Of a DNA stretch of 64,000 bases, positions 38,043-50,937 are shown in pieces. Location: positions 29,326,001 through 29,390,000 of the forward strand of contig NC_087245.1 in NCBI RefSeq assembly GCF_037042905.1. Direction: 5' to 3'. A program made the translations under genes and the position numbers. The notes beneath the pieces were generated by a model, which had not been told where the DNA came from, searched no databases, and saw only the letters and a program-made list of their open reading frames with translations. The DNA comes from Lytechinus pictus. Lineage: Eukaryota. Positions within the stretch are counted from its first letter, which is position 1, and every line of letters begins with the position of its first letter.

Positions 38043-38636
38043 AGTGATGGTCCAGACTGGAGATATTTATATCTCAATGAAAAGAGTAAAATTCACATAG
38101 CAAAATGCTGAAAATTTGATCAAAATAGGATATCACTAATAACGAAGTTATTTAATTTTAAAGATTTGCATTATTCCGGTGAAACAGTTCTAGGCATGTC
38201 TTCACGAATAATCATTAGGTGGGGTGATTATGTCATATCCCCACTTGTTCTTTTTTAGTTTATTATATGAAATTAGGTTTATTCAGAATTTTTCTACCAA
38301 GAACTAAAACAATTGGATTGACTGATTAAGTGCATTAGTTATTTATTGCCGCAACTCATTTCATCATAATGGAGACACATCATTTACGCATGTATGAAAA
38401 AAATGAACCAAATATGATTTCATGTAATAACATAAGAAATGGGAAAGTGGGGATATGACATCACCAGCCAACCTTATGAATATTCATGACGATGTGCATA
38501 TAACTGTTTTCACAAAATATTGACAAACTTTATAATTCTTATTTGTTATCCGATTTTGATGACATTTTCAGCATTTTGCTTTGTGAATTTAACTCTATTT
38601 ATTTAGATATAAGTATTTTCAGCCCAAACCATCCCT
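38043..38636. mobile_element. TTAA-targeting MITE, same family as 10195-10767
   Basis: TTAA|AGTGATGGTCCAGACTGGAGATATTTATATCTCAAT...AAACCATCCCT|TTAA; colinear with the 10195 copy. Confidence 0.8.
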
Positions 38637-40825
38637 TTAAACTTACCCACAAACTTACGCAGACACACACACAAATTGTACAGGAGACTACTCAGCAGTC
38701 TTTCTTGAACCCCCCCCCCCCCCCATGGAGGTGCCTTGCCCGAGGTGCCGTGGCCGAAACGGGAACCCAGCCCCTGACTTTTATGTGTCTAGTCAGGCAG
38801 ACCACTCAACCACGGTACCACCGACATAATTATGCACAATTACTAGCCTGTAACGGGAGGGAGTGGTCGGGGTTCGAGCCCCTTAAATTTCCCAAAAACA
38901 AGAAAAAATTCAGGAGAATAAAGAGAAGAGAAGGGATCGAACCCCCTTATTGAAAACCAGGCTCAAGGCCTGAACTACTATATACTTTTATGATCGATAT
39001 TAAATCATCCAAAGGACTAAATTATTCGGAAATAAGTCAGAATGGATGACACCCCGTCTTGGTCATGTTGGTAAGAATAACCCGAAATAACACAGTTTCC
39101 GGGGCATTTTCTTTTTAACTTAGAACAGACTGTTGCCCCAGTCCCCATCTGAATTCACCCTCCCTGTGTTTGTTTGAGGGTACGTGTGTATGTGTGTCTC
39201 TCTCTCTCACTGTGTCTGTCTATCTCCATCCCTCTCTCCCTCCCCGCCCCTCTCTTTTCTTCCTCACTCGTTCTCATTGTTATCTTTTATATGCATATAT
39301 CAATCATTGCTGGCTACATAAATTTCCACCATCTTGAGAAAAAAAATCGTAGTTGAATTAATTTTGTTATAAAACCACGGTTTTATTTACAAATCACACT
39401 AATTTCATCCAACGATAAATAAACATAATGATCTGTCGATATGTTACATATAAAAGTCGCGAGAGATAAGATAACATCGTATGAATAAATTTGGAAATTA
39501 AATACAGGTTACAATCTTTCGAGAAATACGCGGTTGACTTATTTTTAGAAACTTAGTTATGGAGAGAATCGAGCTCCGACGTCAGAATAAAAATGTCACT
39601 GTATTTTAATGATGGTGGAGATAATCATGAAGACATCAAACCAGGGTCGGTGTCACCCGGGGAGGGTGGGGGCGACCATCCCCAGATGATTTTTTTAAAG
39701 GAGTGAGAAATGAAAAAAAGGGAAAACAAAAAGGGAGAGGTGGGAAGAAAGGAGGAGTGTACAAAGAGAGGTCTGGGTCGCGCAACTCCAGTATTATAAA
39801 AATAACCATATAATTCAGTTGAGAAAAATAAGATCTAAGCCTTAAGTCACTTTGCCCCCTCCACCCCCATGAAACATGTTCCTGGCTCCGCCCCTGTAAG
39901 CATCGAAGTGACGAATAGAAGGTTAGATGACAACGTAATCTTAAAAAAGGCCTTGTCAAATCGATTATATAATGGTGTTTTTTTTAGAATTCACAACTGA
40001 TATGTGCCCCCGAATAACAGAAGATAAAAACCAATTCCGAAATGGCATGATCAATCAAAATCATTATAATCATGCGCATCGACTATCAATCAATTAGGAT
40101 CTGAGTTTGAAATCTTTAGCGATTTCAATCAGCTTTATACAGACACTTTAAATTTTCAATTTAATTTTCAATTTTTAACTTTTGACAAACAGGTCTGACA
40201 AACATAGCCTTTGTCTATTTCAGTGAAATGGAGAATCCCAAACTCGACAATTACCGAGTGAAAAATTCGAATTCACAATCAACAGGAAATAACAATCTAG
40301 CTACATCGTACCAATAAATGTCAAAACAAACAAAAATACAATAAGATGTTCATTGGGAGCTATGCCAGGGCAGGGGAAATAGGAAGGCAGTAATACATGC
40401 GATATAAACGTTGCATATGATTATGATTATTATCATTATCAATAAAATGTTGTTGTTGTTATTGTTATAACATTTAGGGGCCCATGAATTCAAGCCAAAA
40501 AAACTGAGAAATTCTGGTCGGCGATAATAATATCTTTGGAATTCTCTGTTGATTAAAGGGGACTTTAAAATTGATAAAATAGAAGTGTCATCTGGGACGT
40601 CCTCACAACTTTTGGTCTGATTATACGTAATTTGCACAAATAGTCTGCAAATCAAATATGAAAAATATGACGGATAATCACATATATCCGATATATCAGG
40701 CAATTATTATCTCAGTGTTTCAGACCATTTCTTTCAAGTATAAGTATATATAGGCCTTTATTGTTATGAATACATACAAAAGTGTACAAATGATCCTTCG
40801 AGGAATGATAAAACAAGTAGAACTG

Positions 40826-40968
40826 GGGAGTGGTCCATGAAGCAATAGTCAGTGATTTTCACCGACAAATGTTATAAGCTACTGAAAATCCTTGCATCTG
40901 ATTGGCTGAGAGCAAATTTGTTGTTGAAAATCACTGATGAAACTCATCATGATCATGAAACACTCCCC
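40826..40968. mobile_element. Short palindromic MITE
   Basis: GGGGAGTGGTCCATGA...TCATGAAACACTCCCC termini; internal inverted TCAGTGATTTTCA / TGAAAATCACTGA. Confidence 0.6.
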
Positions 40969-42239
40969 TGGCCTGGGCTCCATTGAGAGAAGAGAACTTT
41001 GCAAGAACCATCAGCCCAAGTAGCAGATCCAGAGGGGCCAGCCTCCCCCCCCCCCCACACTTACCCCATTGTGAAAAAGACATTAGACAATTTTGCAACA
41101 AAATGATTGGGCCCTATTCCTTGGCGTCAAGGGAGTTTATCATTGGAGTGGTGCCTTTTTTCTGCTTCTCGAAAAAATGAGCCGCAAAATGCTTTTTTTG
41201 TTGTTGTTGTTGTTTTTCACATAATTTTGAAAGAAAAAGCCCGCTTGCCCCCCCCCCCTCCCCCCCCCCCCCGGCCCCCCAAAAATAGAACATGGACGAG
41301 CAGTTGGTGAGCCCTGACTATTTATATAAATGAAACTGAACACACACGGAAGAAAAAACAAATCGTATCGTAAGGGACTTCTTGGAAGAGTCTAACAATA
41401 AACAATTATTTACAGTTACGATCAGATTTTATGTAATTGATATCACGATAACAATACTAGTGTAGTACACACATTTTTTTTCTTTTTCAACAAAATAAAT
41501 CAAATTTTATGATATAAAATATGTATTACTGCTCAAATCGACATTCAAAAAGGTTTTCTTTATATTACTTTCAAATGCACATCCGATGCCTAGTACTGCA
41601 CATATTATCTAGTAACAATAGTAATTTGTACACATCGTTAAAGATATTAAAACACCCTGAATTATTTAGATACGTAGCTATACATTTTAAGTACACACTA
41701 AGATCAATCACACAATTAGTACAGGTGAATACATAGCCATAATTAGAATAGTAATGCTACTCTACTTTCTAACAGGTTATAAATTGACAGCATGATTAGT
41801 CAGCAATATATGCAAACACATATTTCGGAGTAAGATCCATGTTGTGAAAGTACTTCCGTAGCGAATGCTGTAGCGTCATGCTTTCAAAGCGATCGAAAAC
41901 AATGCGATGAAAGTTGCCGAATATTGCTCGCCGAAAAAATTTCAAATTTTGTACATAGAAATTCGAAAACATCGTCTTTGCTTCATGGGTTAGTGAAATC
42001 CGTGGCAAATTCCTCATTTGAAATAATAGGAAGTTTTCGCAAAGGGACGCAGAACGCTTTCAAGAACATAGAAAATGTGTTCTTAGATGACCTTTATGAC
42101 AAAGAATGGCAACCAAGAAGACTTTGTCAAAAATTGATGAATCAAAACAGCAGTTTCGTCCTGGACTCTTGACAAGCCACATATTTGCAATTTTTCATGC
42201 CTCCTAGCTGTTTCTTGTGATTTGACGGGTATTTTCAAT

Positions 42240-42483
42240 CATGGCCGTACGCAGCGGCGTGGGGGTAGGCAGGGGGAAGTTCCCCCCCCCCCCCCGAAAT
42301 TTTGACAGATGACATTTTTTTACTGAAAATTTTCATACGATTCACCAAAAATATGCATGAAATCGTTCAATTTCGCATACTAATTGACAAGCTCGGTGGC
42401 TTCGCTCCCTCACTTTCGAATTTTTATTCGAAAAAGTTTACACGTCCTGTCCTCTAGCAAACAAAATTATGTGTACGGCCATG
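42240..42483. mobile_element. hAT-like MITE with 8-bp TSD
   Basis: TIR CATGGCCGTAC...GTACGGCCATG; flanks TTTTCAAT / TTTACAAT (1 mismatch). Confidence 0.7.
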
Positions 42484-43713
42484 TTTACAATACATTTTCT
42501 ATGTTTTTAAAGACGTTCTTAGTCCCGGGGCAAACACTCCCCATTGCCTGAATCAGACGTGCAATACATCCATGCAATGACTGTTTCTAAAATCATGCCA
42601 ACGAAGATCGAGTTATTGGCGGTAATTACGAGTCTTGTGCAATGTTTGGCGACCCTTTTGGATAATGAATAGAAAAATGGGGACTTTTCGTTATATTTTC
42701 ATCCACCGTTACGAGTTCAGGTGCTCTTGATTTGACACCTTTATATTCTAACATGTCTAGTATAAATAGATTCAACTTTAACAACCTAACAGTCTCACAT
42801 TATGAAATTGGCCGGTTGCAACGTTAAACACCACGTTATTATCCCCTGAGCTTAAACTTGTCAAGTTTGTGTTTTCCCTCGTGTTTAAAACTTACTATGA
42901 CGCATCGTTAACCTTTACAATATATCATTGTGATATGTCTTGAGACTGACTGTTTTTGTAAATCATGATAACTTCCGGCAATATTGAGTAATATAAACTT
43001 GTTAACTCCAACTAATACAAATGTCATACGGCTTTTCAAAATGCGGTCTTAGCATGATTCGAGCGACAATAATGAAAGTCACCATATCAAGTAGTAGAAA
43101 TTATTTCACAACATAAAATGATACAGGACATTATAAGAACCATATCCGTTAACAACTTTTATTTTCTTTAATCATCGATGGCAAAAGTTGTCTGACCCGC
43201 AGCGATGAATCCTACAATGACATTTTTAAATGCGACATTACCTATGGACAATGTAAACATGGTCAAAACAACTTGCATAAGTCAACCTTACATAAGTGGA
43301 ATATTCGCCCAAGTCGAAGCAAATTATTAAACTAAATTATGTTCTATGCAGAATTTCTCTTAATTCGAACAGATTTATGTAGTCTAAACAAGATTCGAAA
43401 TAGTCAAAGTTACATGCGGATTTCAATAGTCTTATTCCTTGCATTAGGTCTTGATAATCAACTCTTGTCCTTATCCGTGTCATCTTCGTCTTTTGCAGTT
43501 GCTAAGGCTGCGAAAATTATAAATCCATATTTTTTTTTTAACAGGTATAACTCATATTGGTCCTTATCAATCAATTCATACACTCTGAAATATTTGAAAA
43601 AATCATCATAAGCTATGGATGTAAATCGCATGTAACATGATGCTCATAATCTCCATCACTTTTAATATCTTAAATCAACACCCTAACAAGTTGCCGTTCG
43701 AGTAGTACTTTTG

Positions 43714-44868
43714 CTACAGAGCCGTATCCGAGTTCACGGTTGAAGGTGAATTTCTTTTCAGTGCCACGAAAGTACTTTGAGGTGACCTCAACGACGTAAA
43801 CAACGTAACACTTGGTCGGTGGTAGTTATTGCCTCGGTTGTGGTTGTTCATGTTCAAATTCTCACTCTTTTCGCAGCAGTAACTGCTCTGCTTGTGGCAG
43901 CATTTGGAAAGGTTCTTACGGTAGACCGTGCTCATCGCGAAGACGATGTACGGGTCGAGGCACGCGTTCAAGAGCGCAGAGATGGCAGATATCTGTTCAA
44001 AGATGATGCTATGTGGCTTGTCGCTACCAAGGCTATACATCACGTGTTTGTAGAGGCGATGGATGAAATATGGCATCCAAAATATGGCAAAAGATACGGT
44101 GATTAGAACAAATATCATGGCAAGGCGACGTCTTTGAGACGTCTGCCTCCTATTATTTGCATCCTGCCTGGTATTATTAAGCATGGTGTGACTGCTCTTG
44201 TAGAGTGTCACAGCGATGGAGACATATAGGGTACTGATCACGAGTAACGGTACGAAGTACATGGTAAAGAAGCTATACAAGTCAAACAGTTGTCCTTCTA
44301 TCTCACCCATGCGGACAGTGCTGCATATTGGCATCATATCGAGGATATAGGACATCAGAGCCATAGGAATGGCCAAGACAAGAGCCACGATCCACGTGAC
44401 CAGAACACCCACAACCTTGACAGTTCTGCTGTTGATCTGTCGAGACTCGAGACCCCGAACGACCGCCATGTAACGCTCGATGCTCAACGCTGTCAGTGAC
44501 AAAATGCAGACGTACTGGGCCACCGTCTCGAAGTAGGTATGCATCTTGCAGGCGACTAGTCCGTGGTTCCAGCAAAGTGGACGTAGGAGTTTGTTGACGT
44601 ATACAGGTCCGCGCATCAGGATATATATCAGGTCCCCAACAATTACATTGATGAGGAAGATGTTTGAAGGAGTCCTCAGGGATTTGTTGAGGCACGTGAT
44701 TGCTAAGAGTCCGATGTTGGCGATTGCCCCCATGAACATGACGATGCATATGAAGATGACGCTGGCAAGATAGTTGTAATCGACCATGCTACACCACGCG
44801 TCCCAGTTGTTGGTCATATTAGTGTTGTTGTCACTGGAATAGCTGCTGATGTCATTCATCGAATCCAT
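43714..44868 (-). CDS. Rhodopsin-class (class A) peptide GPCR, bombesin/GRP/CCHamide-receptor-like, coding region intronless, 384 aa
   Basis: Single ORF with 7 hydrophobic segments and N-terminal N-glycosylation sequons. TM1 GAIAN; NKSLRTPSNIFL; TM2 GDL; ECL1 W.HG..ACK; TM3 LSLTALSIERY (bombesin-type TLTALSxDRY); TM5 YFVPLLVISTLY; TM6 FAIFWMPY; TM7 NACLDPY. Confidence 0.9.
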   Translation of the reverse strand: MDSMNDISSYSSDNNTNMTNNWDAWCSMVDYNYLASVIFICIVMFMGAIANIGLLAITCLNKSLRTPSNIFLINVIVGDLIYILMRGPVYVNKLLRPLCWNHGLVACKMHTYFETVAQYVCILSLTALSIERYMAVVRGLESRQINSRTVKVVGVLVTWIVALVLAIPMALMSYILDMMPICSTVRMGEIEGQLFDLYSFFTMYFVPLLVISTLYVSIAVTLYKSSHTMLNNTRQDANNRRQTSQRRRLAMIFVLITVSFAIFWMPYFIHRLYKHVMYSLGSDKPHSIIFEQISAISALLNACLDPYIVFAMSTVYRKNLSKCCHKQSSYCCEKSENLNMNNHNRGNNYHRPSVTLFTSLRSPQSTFVALKRNSPSTVNSDTAL

Positions 44869-47737
44869 GGCTAAACCAAGTTTTTACTCGATGTTCATCC
44901 ACTTCGAAATGCTTGAATGTTTTCCCAGCTTAATGCCTGCTCGATACTATTTAATCAGCTGAAACGTGTTAATGATTATTTAAACACTTATTTATTTTCA
45001 AATAAAATAGAGGATTCACTGAGATATATAACGTCAAATATCACATCAAGTTAATTGAAAAAAATTCTGTTTCGTCCGGTGACTGTTGCAATGCTGAGAG
45101 GCTAGAATGTTTTTGTTGATTCCTTTTAAGTTTTGTTACTATACGAATGAAATCAATTAGACTGTACTGGTCCAGAATAGCATCTATATACAACTCTTTA
45201 TTTACCATGAAGCCCCATTGCTCAATACGCTGGTTTTTATAAGAGCAACATGTCAACATGCATCGAATCTAAATCTCTTAGTTTTCGAAGATGGGGAACA
45301 ACTCCGTGCAGGTAGCTGCCAGTTGCAGTCGGAAGTCGGGGTATAAATATGGTTCTTCGAGCAGGCTGGCGGCGTCAAGCGGCTCCAAGCACACCATCCT
45401 TCTGATTCCCGAGCGTAATTCTGTCTGCGATGCTGCCAACAGACCTGCCAAGAAAAAAAAGGAGGGAAAAAAACTGTTGAAAGTTCAGCAAGCAAAATTG
45501 TTTAGTTGAACGGTGAGAGATAACTAGAAAATGATCGCTTGATGTTGTAAACATGACGTCGAATAATCACAAAGCATATGGGTAAATAATCGGATGCCGC
45601 CTTGGAGAGAAAATTTCATTTAAAAGAGTTTTGCACGCGGCTTTGTGTTCGCCCAATACCATTTATCCCCGAACCAACATCACCATTTTTTGACGAATAG
45701 TATTGAAATTGGATTTTCGGGCTTTTTGTTGGCTTCTTGTGTACCCGTCCTTCTTTAAAGAACTCCCAGAATATACTATTATTTCTTCAGTTCATGAAAT
45801 GAATAGTACATGTATACTCGTACACTCTAGATGCACACTTGGCATGAGGAAACGTAAATGTCTTCCATACACCTACTCTCCAAAATATTAATATTAAAAT
45901 CTGCGGACATATAAGTTTGCCTCTCTCTTCACCTGAAATAAAATAAAAAGTATCACATAGAATGCGATAGTGTAATTGCAATGTTTGGGTGTAGGGCTGC
46001 TGCATTCAATAAAAAAATGTTTGTTTTTAATTATTTTTCTGTATTTTTCGATATCGCGATAATCATCAAATTCGTTTTGATTGATATAAACATTTTGAAC
46101 GTATGATTTGTTAAGAAATTAATAATAAATGTCGCATAATATTGTTTTGGCCTCACACTCGCGATCAACATTGATTTTAAGACCAATGTGTATGTCATAT
46201 AATAAATTTACCATTTACCCATCTTTCTGATGAAGTTGAAATAATTGAATTCATTTAATAACACAACAACTATCTTAGGTACGCCCCGTACCATTTGGAG
46301 ACTATAAAGAATATGGGTAAAACTGCTCCAGGACGGTAATTATATGTGTCGAACCAACATTGGGCGTTTCTTTGGGGCACTTTTATTTATCCAGTGTGAT
46401 GAAAATTTTGCCAATTCTGAAGTAATTGCTGCTTATTTTTTAATCTTACTGGAGACTCAGCTTCCCAAATTGGGTAAAATACTTCCCCAAATTGGTTGGA
46501 CACATAATTACCCTCGTGCTGGTTAAAATCTTACCCAGTATTTTTACAGTGTATGCAGTGGTTTTAAGAAAGGATGTTTAAGATTTTAACGTGGCATCTA
46601 AGCACCCCGCCCACTGTAATTCTTTAAAATCATTAATTCTTATCGTCCAGCCCAGGGTATGTCCTATCTGCAACCATAACCAAGCAGATAAACAGCCCAA
46701 CATATATTTCGGAAAAACTATTTTTAAAAAATATCCATAACAAGGAAAGGCGCATTTACTATCCCATCTGGCCTGGTCAATGCCGCCGAGAAATATCCGG
46801 ACGGCGGGGTAAAAATCATCTATCGAAATGGATCCATCGGGCAGCGCCAATTATTATAAAGCCTATTTTACTTCCCGCATCACGTCTCAATCCAATTCGG
46901 TATGATACTTCGAAAATATGAATTATATGAGAAGGGTGAATAGTAATAGCCCCTCACCGACAATGTTCTGAATGGGCGGCATGGGATAGGTGTAACATCA
47001 ATAACCAATGGTTGATCGCAATATCTAATTCCAGCAAAATAGATACGGAGGGAATCAATATAACACTAGAAACGATAGGGGCAATGCATTCTAAATTGAT
47101 ATCACCAGAACCATACTTCCTGTATAACTTTGTCTCTTTGTATTTATGGTATCAGGAAAGTGCACGAGATTAAGCGCTTGAACCTTACTCCAGTTCGTGA
47201 GGGTCTCAGCATTGTGAAAATTATATTTGAAAATTGTTTTAACGCCAGTACCGGGTTTTTTTTTTTAAGTATAAGACAAGACTGTCACCAAATTTGAACC
47301 CACACGCCGGTGGGGATGGAGTGGTAACACATACTGCAATTCGTTAATGACAGAACCATCTAGATTCACCAGATGACAATTAAGAAAATAGATTCAAAAT
47401 TTCTAAGCTAACGAACAAATAACAATTAACAAGTAATGATATTTCTTTTGACTGTAACTCTTTACCCGAGTGTTCTGAGGACATATCGTCTTACAAACAG
47501 TTGGTTCATCCAGACAATTAAAAAGAAACTGGTCGAAGCGTACCGATGTATCACTGGGGATATCCTTAACGATTATTACTTCGGTAATGTATCGTAAACC
47601 CTCTTGCGAGTTCACGTCATGATGGAAATGGCTTAAGCTGTATCTTACGGACAGAGTGAGTAAGGATTCTTATTCCGATGCAATTATTCCTCTATATCGA
47701 TACTCGAACCACTTTTCGTGAACAGAATCGGTAATCA

Positions 47738-47850
47738 CTGTGGCCAAGAGTGATGTAAGGCGCTTGATTTGAAACATGGAAGTCCGGGTTCGATCCCTGG
47801 GCACGGGACTTTAGATAGCCCTTAGGCAAGGCATTTATCTTCAATAATCT
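47738..47850 (+). mobile_element. Degenerate tRNA-derived SINE head
   Basis: TGTGGCCAAGAGTG...GGGTTCGATCCCTGG followed by the common SINE block CCCTTAGGCAAGGCATTTA. Confidence 0.55.
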
Positions 47851-50237
47851 TTCATCATGCATGAAAATATCACAGAACTTGGGGTTACCAACGTTTGCAC
47901 TTAAAGAAACAAAGAAAAAGGTTCTCAGTACTAAGTTTAATTTGGATGGCTCAGAATGGGAAAGAAGCAGTAATATTCTCCGAGGTAGGGAATATTTAAC
48001 GAATCGAAAGAAAGGTGAGATTTAATTTGTCACGTGCCATCCTTCCTCCAACACACTGCTCTGGATTACCGTGTGATTTGGTGCCCCCCCCCCCCTTATT
48101 GCCTTATTTAGGATAATAGTATAAAAACAAAATACGTCAACCATGTCAACTGTACTCGAATAATTGAACAGTGTGTTTATTTGACCAAAGGATGTATTAA
48201 AAATGGTTTGGTAAAACTTTGTTGTATAGAATATTTTTTACTGCAATACATCCTCATTCGCACACACACACACACCCACAAACACAATCCACCCATTACT
48301 TTTCAGAATATCTTCGATTGTCTGCACTCTCGGAAAATGATTTAACCATGATAACAACGCAAATTGTACGACTAAGAGTACAGAATCCTGTAATCTAAGA
48401 TAATGAACAATAAAATAATATGACCATGTTCAGTATAAGTTCGTTTGTTGTCAGAGGTAAAGCAGTCAAGTTGTTTGAATTCCACCTTTCTTCCCCTTCA
48501 CAGACCGTGTGATTAAACAGTTGTAAATCAGTTCCTTTACCTCTGACCCATGGCCGTACCACAGGGCTCTGTGTATGGGCCGACCCTTTTTTCAATTTAT
48601 CTGATTGGATTGCGGAAAGTTATGATTCGTCACGAAATTCAATACCATAGTATACCGAAGATATTCAACTAAGCAGCGAAATCTGCCCTTCGTCGACTCT
48701 ATTCATGCATTATTGAATTTATGACAGAATGCAAACCCCTTTATATGAATTTAAATAAATGTAAATTGATGAAAAATTTTCACCTTATGACCACAAAATC
48801 AATTTGTCTTAAACTCGCAATTGATAATGTCTCCTCAAATCTGAAAGAGCAAGTCTACCCAAAAAAGTTAATTTGAATGAAAAGAGAAGAGAAAAAAAAT
48901 AATGGTGGATTTTTATAAAGTAAGAAAGAGTTATGACATTTTAAAGTCTTTATATGACTAGAACATATGTATGCCATTTGTATGTATATACATGATTATA
49001 CAAAGTAACATATATTCGTTATGTGGCCTGGGAAAGTCATTTTAACAAAATTGAATTGTTATCTCTTGTGATAATTATAAAATTCTAGACTTTACATTAT
49101 TTCATCTGTCATACTCATGTATGATTGGATTTCAGATTGTATTGGACGAAATCATAAGAAATGACAGGTTACTCAAATTACTCAAGAATTCATCCTTCAG
49201 CGAGAAAGTGCTATCTGTATCATGAAATTATGGGATTTTTAGAACAAAAATAAATTCGCTGAGGAGAAAACAATAGCCAAAAGAAATCGAGAAGCCTTCC
49301 CGACCTATCAGTGTGGCGTCAAGTTGCCCATATTTCTTTTCGGTTTTCCCCCCAAAGAAATCACGATAATTTACAAAACACAAAAAGTCGTCGCCGTCTG
49401 TTCTTTCATTCATCCTAGAGTTTCTTCAAACTCGGTGTCTCTTTAGATTGATTCAAAGAAAGCTTCCAGTTGACGAAACCAGTGTCTCTTTTTCCAAATT
49501 GATACTCTGTGACTGTAAGTACCTCCTGCATCACAAATGTCGCTTCTGGCAACTTCAACACTGCGTCAGCAGGGTTCATGTTTCATAAAGTTTTTCGTAG
49601 CATAACGTAAAACTTTACGGACAACTCGAATTTTAGCAGCCCAAAATTTCACCGAGTTTGATTTGTAATATGAATGTGCAGGTCTTTAATAAAATTCTTT
49701 GTTTCCGTTACCAATATCTACAAAATTAATGTTGAAGTACCTGTTCTCGATTATACCTTGCCCTTCGATTAAAGTCGAGGGCAGTATTTAACTTTTTTTT
49801 TTCATTTATAGTATGAATGTGCAGATCTTTAATAAAATTCTTTGTTTCCATTAATAGCTTTTTGTCCAAATATGAATGAAGGTATTTGTTAGTTAACTCA
49901 AAGAGGTAGAAAGACTCCTTTAGAAGATACTTTTTGCATCGTTTCTTTATTAGAACGGTATACAATGTACTTCACAAAATGCCTTTTCCAGAGCAGTATG
50001 TTTTGACGTTGCCGGATAAAAGCTTTTTCAACTGAGCTTGAGCAATGAACGCCTTTAAATTGACAACGTGATCAAAACACCGTTCAAAATTCTAATTGGT
50101 AACTATTTAATGATGTCTCACATTTTTGAAATCCTTTTATATTCATGTTTGATTTTTTTTCTTCAACGTACGGAACTTTTTCGAAAAAAAATAATTGTTG
50201 CCAATTCGGGGAGTAAAAGTCGATCAATTCAAACCTT

Positions 50238-50937
50238 AAGGCCCCTCACACCTAACCAAATTGCCTGAAATATGCCTTCTGATGGCTGGCGAAAGGCATT
50301 TTTTAAGAAATCGCTTTCAATGGTAACTGATAGTAAATCATATTTACCCTTCGTGTTTGGGTTCGTACACCTTCTGAACTAACAGCTGCAATTATTCAAA
50401 TTCGCGCGGAAATTTTGAACATGTTTAAAATTTCCCGACGAATTGAGAAATCGTTGGTCATCTGTTTGAATTCGCATCTCTTATTTAGTCTGCGGTAATC
50501 GTTAGTTTATCGTTCGTGTTTCATTGTCGCGCATAGTCCCTCATCGCGCTTTTGCCAAAGTGGACCGATCTCGAAAGAACCCTTAACGAAGCAACACGAT
50601 TACACAAAGTACAAGAATGCCCGATATATTCCCTCGTCTTCGTTTCTAATCGCACGACATATCAAACCATTGCCCACTGTTCCTTCGTCTTATTGGGTTA
50701 TATCAACCCTTCGCCCGCCTTCGGCTGCAGTTTACTCAAAGAGGTGAACCGAAAAATTGATATTGCATGTCATATTTATCATTCGCTTACCGTTCGTTGA
50801 TAAAATTTGACAATTGTTACTGATTGCATGATTTGACGGAAATTTTATTTGATTTCGTTGAATTCGCGTGCATTTCGTGCATTTTTCCCATTCGTCACCC
50901 TTCGTCCGCCTACATTCGCTCAGGTGTGAGGGGGCTT
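50238..50937. mobile_element. Non-autonomous DNA transposon (Harbinger-like ends)
   Basis: AAGGCCCCTCACACCT ... AGGTGTGAGGGGGCTT termini; interior rich in TTCG motifs. Confidence 0.65.

Noticed and set aside
43714-44868. Opsin
   Set aside because: No Schiff-base lysine in TM7 (AISALLNACLDP); TM3 matches peptide receptors.
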